64,000 nt of DNA from positions 6,023 to 70,022 of the forward strand of contig JABDFA010000009.1 in NCBI GenBank assembly GCA_013286795.1, given 5' to 3'. This document shows positions 58,772-64,000 of this stretch, in pieces; the stretch's first letter is position 1, and each line of letters opens with the position of its first letter. Origin of the DNA: Candidatus Babelota bacterium. Its GTDB lineage: Bacteria; Babelota; Babeliae; Babelales; JABDEC01. The translations under genes were made by a program, and so were the position numbers. Below the pieces are notes generated by a model. The model had not been told where the DNA came from. It saw only the letters and a list, made by a program, of their open reading frames with translations, and did no database searches.

Positions 58772-58867
58772 ATTCTACTACGCCAGAAAACCCAAGCTTT
58801 TAAGCTAGAGATGGAATAGCTTCGAAGAATTTCGCGCAATACAACGGCTTAGAAGCCGTTGAGCGCT

Positions 58868-59614
58868 TCATACCACAAACTCCATTTCTTCATCTTCTTC
58901 AATTTCTTCAGGTTTAGGCTTACTTTGTTCCCCAACAACATAATCTGTTATTATATCACTAATCCCTTTTTCAGTAATATTTGTTTGTTTTATTGTATCC
59001 CAGATAGTTAACCTTATTTTTGCCGGCCAATTTACTAAAATTTCTTTAACTTCTTTTCTTCTTTCAGAAAGTGTATACATATTGGCTTGATCTATTGCTA
59101 TTTGAGTGCAACTTTTATTATTTCTATCTTTTATATTGGCATCTGCCCCTGCTAATAATAGAGCTTCTACTATTTTTGGATATGCACTTTCAATTGCAGA
59201 CATGAGTGCAGTATTGCCATTGTGATTTTTTGCATCTATTTTTGCTTTGGCATTAATCAAAAGCATAACTGCGTCATAATTATCTTGTATACATGCTCTC
59301 ATTAGAGGCGTAAAACCATCATAAATTTCTTCCTTGCCTACATTTGCTCCACTTTTTATTAAAAACTCAATAATTTTAATGTCTGCTTCAGCATTAAATG
59401 CATGTTCAAGAACAGGTATACCAATTTCATCATCTTGGCAATTTACATCAGCTCCCATAAATACTGCTGTTTGAGCCATAATTAAATTATTGGTTTTTAC
59501 TGCTTTTAGAAGCATAATTTTCGCTATATCTTGTACTTTATTATCCATTGAATAAATAAAAGATAAGTGAGTGAAAATAAGTGTGCTTATAAGAATGAGT
59601 TTGATTTTATTCAT
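58868..59614 (-). CDS. ankyrin-repeat protein with signal peptide, weak F-box-like motif and acidic tail
   Basis: 'GFTPLMRACIQDNYDAVMLLINAKAKIDAKNHNGNTALMSAIESAYPKIVEALLLAGADANIKD'. 'GISDIITDYVVG', then 'PEEIEEDEEMEF'. Confidence 0.8.
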   Translation of the reverse strand: MNKIKLILISTLIFTHLSFIYSMDNKVQDIAKIMLLKAVKTNNLIMAQTAVFMGADVNCQDDEIGIPVLEHAFNAEADIKIIEFLIKSGANVGKEEIYDGFTPLMRACIQDNYDAVMLLINAKAKIDAKNHNGNTALMSAIESAYPKIVEALLLAGADANIKDRNNKSCTQIAIDQANMYTLSERRKEVKEILVNWPAKIRLTIWDTIKQTNITEKGISDIITDYVVGEQSKPKPEEIEEDEEMEFVV

Positions 59615-59699
59615 GAAAATTCCCCATGTTCAAGCGATAAATATTATTATATAATATGTAATAATAGCATATTTCATAATATTTTATAGAGGTGTAGCA

Positions 59700-60083
59700 G
59701 TGTTTAAAAAAATCACTCATATTACAGTTTTTGTTTCAAATCAAGACGAAGCGCTTAATTTTTACAAAAAATTAGGATTTGTTGTTCATACAGATGCAAA
59801 TTTTGGCCCAATGCGTTGGCTTACCCTAAATTTAGAGGGCCAGAAGGATATGGAACTGGTTTTGCTAAAAGCAGAAGATGATCAAGAAAAATCTTTAGTG
59901 GGAAAACAGGCAGGCGAAAAACCATTGTTTAATTTAGAGACTAGTGATTGTTTTGCAGATTATGAAAAATTAAACAAATTGGGCATAAATTTCATCGAAA
60001 AACCCACAGAGCAACCTTGGGGTGTCTCAGCTGCATTTAAAGATTTGGATGGCAACCTTATTTATATGTGTCAACCAAGATAA
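59700..60083 (+). CDS. VOC (glyoxalase/bleomycin-resistance) family protein
   Basis: 'ITHITVFVSNQDEALNFYKKLGF' and 'PWGVSAAFKDLDGNLI' are typical of the VOC beta-alpha-beta-beta-beta module. GTG start. Confidence 0.75.
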   Translation: MFKKITHITVFVSNQDEALNFYKKLGFVVHTDANFGPMRWLTLNLEGQKDMELVLLKAEDDQEKSLVGKQAGEKPLFNLETSDCFADYEKLNKLGINFIEKPTEQPWGVSAAFKDLDGNLIYMCQPR

Positions 60084-60153
60084 GATTTAGAATTAATCAA
60101 ATATTTTTAGATCAATCTAGTTTTTTTGGTTATTTAATAATTATTTATTATTT

Positions 60154-60346
60154 CCGTTCGCCCTGAGCGACCTCTGAACGAGCTTTTAAGCGAGTTGAAG
60201 AGGGAGTCGAATGGGTAAAAAATTATTTTTTTAAATATATTAAATTACAGCAATAACTAAAGTTTTATATTATTGTATAAAAAAATATTCCTTCGACTCT
60301 ATCTTCGGCTCCTTACGTCGCTCAGATATCGCTCAGGACGAACGGG
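60154..60346. repeat. composite GC-rich inverted-repeat (MITE-like) element, copy 4 of 4
   Basis: Left arm 'ccgttcgccctgagcgacctctgaacgagcttttaagcgagttgaagagggagtcgaatggg'. Right arm '...ccttacgtcgctcagatatcgctcaggacgaacggg' resembles copy 1. Lies between convergent genes. Confidence 0.9.
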
Positions 60347-60379
60347 TTTTATTATATTTTGGGTTAGTGATAGGTTATA

Positions 60380-61066
60380 TTATCTTTGGCTTTTTACGCC
60401 AATTCTGGGACATAGATTATAAATAGCGCATTTTGAACAAAATGGTGAAATAGGAACACAAATATTCTGTCCCCACATGACCATAAGTTTATTCCATTCG
60501 GACCAATGTTCTTTTGGTAAAACTTTTTGTAAAGCGATTTCAGTTTGTTCAGGGGTTTTGGTTTTTACTAAACCTAGTCTATTAGATATTCTGTGAACAT
60601 GTGTATCAACACAAATTGCTGGAATATTAAAACCTTCGGCTAAAACCAGATTTGCTGTTTTTGGACCAACTCCTGAAATGGAAAGTAATTCTTCTTTTGT
60701 AGAAGGAACCTTATTATTAAATCTTTCGATTATTTCTTTACTAACATCATGAACGAGTTTAGCTTTTTTCTTATAAAATCCAATTGAATGAAATAAAATC
60801 TCTAACTCTTTTATTGGGATCTTTAGAATTTCTTTGGGAGTTTTTGCTTTTTTGAATAGTTCAATACAGATGGGAGTAGTGACAATATCTCTAGCTCTCA
60901 AGCTCAAAAGGCAGCCAATCAATATTAAGAAAGGGTCTCTACCATAATTATTAACTATAATAGAAGACATAGATTCAGGCATGCCCTTTGTGGCCTGACG
61001 TAGAATTTCAATTATTTTTATTGCACGAACAGCTATTTGTTTTTCTTGAATTAAAAAACTATTCAA
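60380..61066 (-). CDS. nth: endonuclease III
   Basis: HhH-GPD 'LLSISGVGPKTANLVL', catalytic-region 'VDTHVHRISNRLG', 4Fe-4S 'CVPISPFCSKCAIYNLC' (C-x6-C-x2-C-x5-C). Confidence 0.92.
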   Translation of the reverse strand: MNSFLIQEKQIAVRAIKIIEILRQATKGMPESMSSIIVNNYGRDPFLILIGCLLSLRARDIVTTPICIELFKKAKTPKEILKIPIKELEILFHSIGFYKKKAKLVHDVSKEIIERFNNKVPSTKEELLSISGVGPKTANLVLAEGFNIPAICVDTHVHRISNRLGLVKTKTPEQTEIALQKVLPKEHWSEWNKLMVMWGQNICVPISPFCSKCAIYNLCPRIGVKSQR

Positions 61067-61255
61067 TTTATATTAACCAAACGGAGGTGCTTCTAAGGCA
61101 ATTTTTACTAAAGCTATTAAGAAAGATATAGTTGACTTATTATAAAATAAGTCATTCACAAATCTTGAGAATCGATTATGCTTGAACATTAAGAACTCCT
61201 ACGTAAATGTTTTAAATATAATGATATTATATAATAAAATACGATATTTTCAATA

Positions 61256-63952
61256 ATGATTTACAATTATTTTAATAGTTATGAATTTTTACTTGCTGTA
61301 GAAATTATTGCTTGTTCAATTAAAGCATATCTTTTAATTATGTTAATTTTAAATGGTATGCATTCGCCAAAAAAACAATGGCCTTGGATTTTTATTATAT
61401 CAGTACTTATAAACGGTATCTTCGAGGATGTTGTCTGGATGATAAACATACTGAAGATATTGGAATATATTAAGTTTGATTATAGAATATGGGTTTTTTT
61501 TGTTAGGTTTGCTTGGATATCTGAAATCATAGAGTACCAGTCTCTGGTATTATTTATAGAGAGCTTAGTAAGAAAAGAATTTAGAGTAAGTCTACTTCAA
61601 AAGGTTTTTTTAACTATAAGCGTTTTATTAGCCTTACCTTTAATTTACCTGTCATTTATATCTTCCTTTTTTACTTATACGCCATTAGATAGATCTCCTA
61701 TAGAAATTAAGTTTATTAAATTAGTATCTATGTATCCATATACAATGGTTATTCCTACATTGATTTTGGCCTTCTATAAATTGAAAAACTCTAGATTGCC
61801 TAAGTTAGTAATGACACATTTTAAAATATTAGTTTTTGGTTTGATAATTCCACGAGTTTTATCTGATTTCTATCAAGTATATCAATTTGCAACGACTGAA
61901 TCATTAAAAGCTAATTACTTTGTAGTAAGTCTTTCAACATTGTTGATTTCTTGCGCTGCTTACTATTGTATGAAAAAAATTATGAGATTACGGTTTCTTA
62001 ATTTTAAACCCCATGTACAATCATCTAAGAAATTCCGTTTTATAAATAATTTTAAATATACTTTAGAGCAATTGAGTTATGTTTCCAATACACAAGAATT
62101 GTTACATATAACTAAGGTTTTCTTTAAAGAACATTTACACATAACTGCAAGTAGGACAACCTTTCATATTAGAAATATAGATTCGAATGATCTTAACATT
62201 AATAATTTTAGCTCAGAAATAGATAAGCATAAAATTTTACTTGTTGAGAGTTTTATAAATAGCAGTGATCATGTAGTAGTGGAACTATTGAAAAAGTCTA
62301 AGGTTTTTATAGTTGATGAAATAGAATTTAATGCATTTTATAAAGATAATCAAACAAATCAATTTATATTAGATTTTTTGAGATCAATTAATACTGAACT
62401 TTTTGTTCCTATATATAAAAACAATATTATTATCGCTTATATTCTTGTTGAACATGATTCTAGAAGTCAGCAAATTTATAGTGATTTAGAAAGAGATGAG
62501 ATTGTTATATTTTCAAGTTATTTGGGTAATATAATTAATTTGATACAGAACAGGAATCTGAATTTTCTAATTCAACAAGAAAAGGATTTAAAAGAAGAAG
62601 TTTATAATAAACATCAGGAAATAAGTCAATATAAAGAGAGTATTAGATCATTTTTAAAAGTGAATAAAAATGAAAAAATAGGGATAATGTTCTATAAAAA
62701 TCGTAAATTTTTGTTTGGTAATAAACATGCTGAAGAACTAATTTCTGTAAATGTTAATACACAAGATGGGTATATAATAACTCAGGATTTGAAAAATATA
62801 GTTCAACAAGTAGAAGAATATAAATCTCAGCAAACATGTTATTCTAGGGATACCGAAGGGGAAGGTATAATTATTACAGGAATTCCAAACATAGATAATA
62901 GCGTAATAATTGTAGTTTATAAACCCGATGTAACTGATACAATAAAAAAACAATTAAGTTTATTAAAAGATCCATCAAAATGGGATTATTTATTATATTT
63001 GGAGACTACTAAATCAGGACAGTTAATAAATCAATTGATTCCAAGTTCAGGAGAAATTTTTTTAAATTATAAATTGGATCTTTTAAAAGTTGCTTTGACC
63101 AAGAAACCAATTTTACTTGAGATTCCTGATGAGGATTTAATTCCTACCGTAGAGATTATACATCACATAAGTTTAAGAGAAAAATTACATGTTTTAAAAT
63201 TGCAAACGCCTACAAAAAATTTTGATATTACGGTTAAATTATTTGGTTTGAATCCTTTATTTGACCAAAAAGATATACAAACACCTATATTGCAAAAATT
63301 GGATGATTCTGGAACTTTATTTATACAAAACATACATTTTTTAGATCTTGAGATGCAAGAATGCATTACTGAGCTAATTCAATATGGTTATTATAAGATT
63401 TTTAAAAGTGATAAAAAAGTTGCAAGTGATGTCAGAATAATTTGTTCAACAAATCAAAATTTAAAAAATTTAGTTCAAGAGAAAAAATTTTCAAAAACTT
63501 TGTATGATATTCTAACTAAAAATGCTGTTAGCATGCCATCATTATTAACAATTTCTGAAGAAGAGCTGGGAGAATTGGCCCACGGCTATTCCCAACAGGC
63601 AATTAAATCTGATCAGTTTAAGAATTTATTAGAATTAACTAACAAAGAAAAAATAAATTTAATAAATAAAAAGCCTATAAGTTTGTTAGAATTTAAAGAA
63701 AAGGTTCAACAAATACTTACAGATAAATCTAAAAAGAATAATATTTACGAAGAAACTCAATTTGATTTATCCTATAATGTGTCAGACCCAAGACTTGTAG
63801 AGGCTGCAAGATTAGGAAAATATGCATTAAAGGACCCTAGAATTATTACACTTCTTTGGGATAAATTTAAAAATCAAAACAAAATAGCAGTGTTTTTGGG
63901 AGTAAATAGGTCATCAGTACATAGAAGATGTAAGGAATTAAATTTAAAATAA
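61256..63952 (+). CDS. membrane-anchored sigma-54-activator-like regulator with degenerate AAA+ motifs and Fis-type HTH
   Basis: ~240-aa polytopic N-terminus and a GAF-like segment ('LFVPIYKNNIIIAYILVEHD'). bEBP-like core 'GTLFIQNIHFLDLEMQECITELIQYG...VRIICSTNQNLKNLVQEKKFSKTLYDIL'. C-terminal HTH 'IAVFLGVNRSSVHRRCKELNL'. Confidence 0.65.
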   Translation: MIYNYFNSYEFLLAVEIIACSIKAYLLIMLILNGMHSPKKQWPWIFIISVLINGIFEDVVWMINILKILEYIKFDYRIWVFFVRFAWISEIIEYQSLVLFIESLVRKEFRVSLLQKVFLTISVLLALPLIYLSFISSFFTYTPLDRSPIEIKFIKLVSMYPYTMVIPTLILAFYKLKNSRLPKLVMTHFKILVFGLIIPRVLSDFYQVYQFATTESLKANYFVVSLSTLLISCAAYYCMKKIMRLRFLNFKPHVQSSKKFRFINNFKYTLEQLSYVSNTQELLHITKVFFKEHLHITASRTTFHIRNIDSNDLNINNFSSEIDKHKILLVESFINSSDHVVVELLKKSKVFIVDEIEFNAFYKDNQTNQFILDFLRSINTELFVPIYKNNIIIAYILVEHDSRSQQIYSDLERDEIVIFSSYLGNIINLIQNRNLNFLIQQEKDLKEEVYNKHQEISQYKESIRSFLKVNKNEKIGIMFYKNRKFLFGNKHAEELISVNVNTQDGYIITQDLKNIVQQVEEYKSQQTCYSRDTEGEGIIITGIPNIDNSVIIVVYKPDVTDTIKKQLSLLKDPSKWDYLLYLETTKSGQLINQLIPSSGEIFLNYKLDLLKVALTKKPILLEIPDEDLIPTVEIIHHISLREKLHVLKLQTPTKNFDITVKLFGLNPLFDQKDIQTPILQKLDDSGTLFIQNIHFLDLEMQECITELIQYGYYKIFKSDKKVASDVRIICSTNQNLKNLVQEKKFSKTLYDILTKNAVSMPSLLTISEEELGELAHGYSQQAIKSDQFKNLLELTNKEKINLINKKPISLLEFKEKVQQILTDKSKKNNIYEETQFDLSYNVSDPRLVEAARLGKYALKDPRIITLLWDKFKNQNKIAVFLGVNRSSVHRRCKELNLK

Positions 63953-64000
63953 AAAAGATGAAAGAAATTAGAGAGTTTGAAGAAAAAAAGAATGAGTTTT

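Noticed and set aside
58842-58861. Hairpin 'caacggc-ttagaa-gccgttg' downstream of the ankyrin gene 58868..59614, as a possible terminator.
   Set aside because: A 7-bp stem with no U-run on either strand. Not enough evidence to call it.

Overview
AT-rich bacterial window, tightly packed and with no rRNA, CRISPR array, transposase or prophage genes visible. The gene content looks like an obligate host-associated (amoeba-symbiont or Dependentiae/TM6-like) bacterium; that placement is inference only. Housekeeping genes are clearly recognisable: dps, dnaE, an ABC-F ATPase, ogt, grpE, ssb, pgsA, mnmA, argS, tsf-pyrH-frr, tRNA-Lys(CUU), tRNA-Leu(UAG), tig, trxB, rpmH-rnpA-yidD, phoH2, thrS and nth. 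They are interleaved with accessory content. (1) A minus-strand, operon-like block (8756..24356) encodes a Cys-rich putative outer-membrane barrel, then three tandem paralogous ~1280-aa proteins, then modification-type enzymes. Each large protein has a signal peptide, a conserved N-module, a ~600-aa Thr-rich Gly-X-Y collagen-like tract, a linker domain and seven C-terminal propeller-type repeats. (2) The adjacent island (3540..11070) carries eukaryote-type glycosyltransferases: GT32, a GT-A-like enzyme, a GT2-ankyrin fusion and an ABO-like GT6 with an intact DxD motif. Most have N-terminal signal-anchor-like segments. (3) Nine ankyrin-repeat proteins, two tandem WD40 proteins and one membrane protein share a short F-box-like motif (P-x-[DE]-L-[AS]-x-I-[IV]-x-[EDG]-Y). 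(4) A superfamily of GC-rich palindromic MITE/REP-like repeats occupies at least 13 loci, including in-frame insertions inside yidD and a glycosyltransferase-like gene. Also present are a membrane-anchored sigma-54-activator-like protein with degenerate ATPase motifs and two small genes missing from the ORF track (rpmH and a 45-aa histone H1-like protein). All calls come from reading the translations and sequence by eye. No searches or computations were run, and repeat and domain boundaries are approximate.
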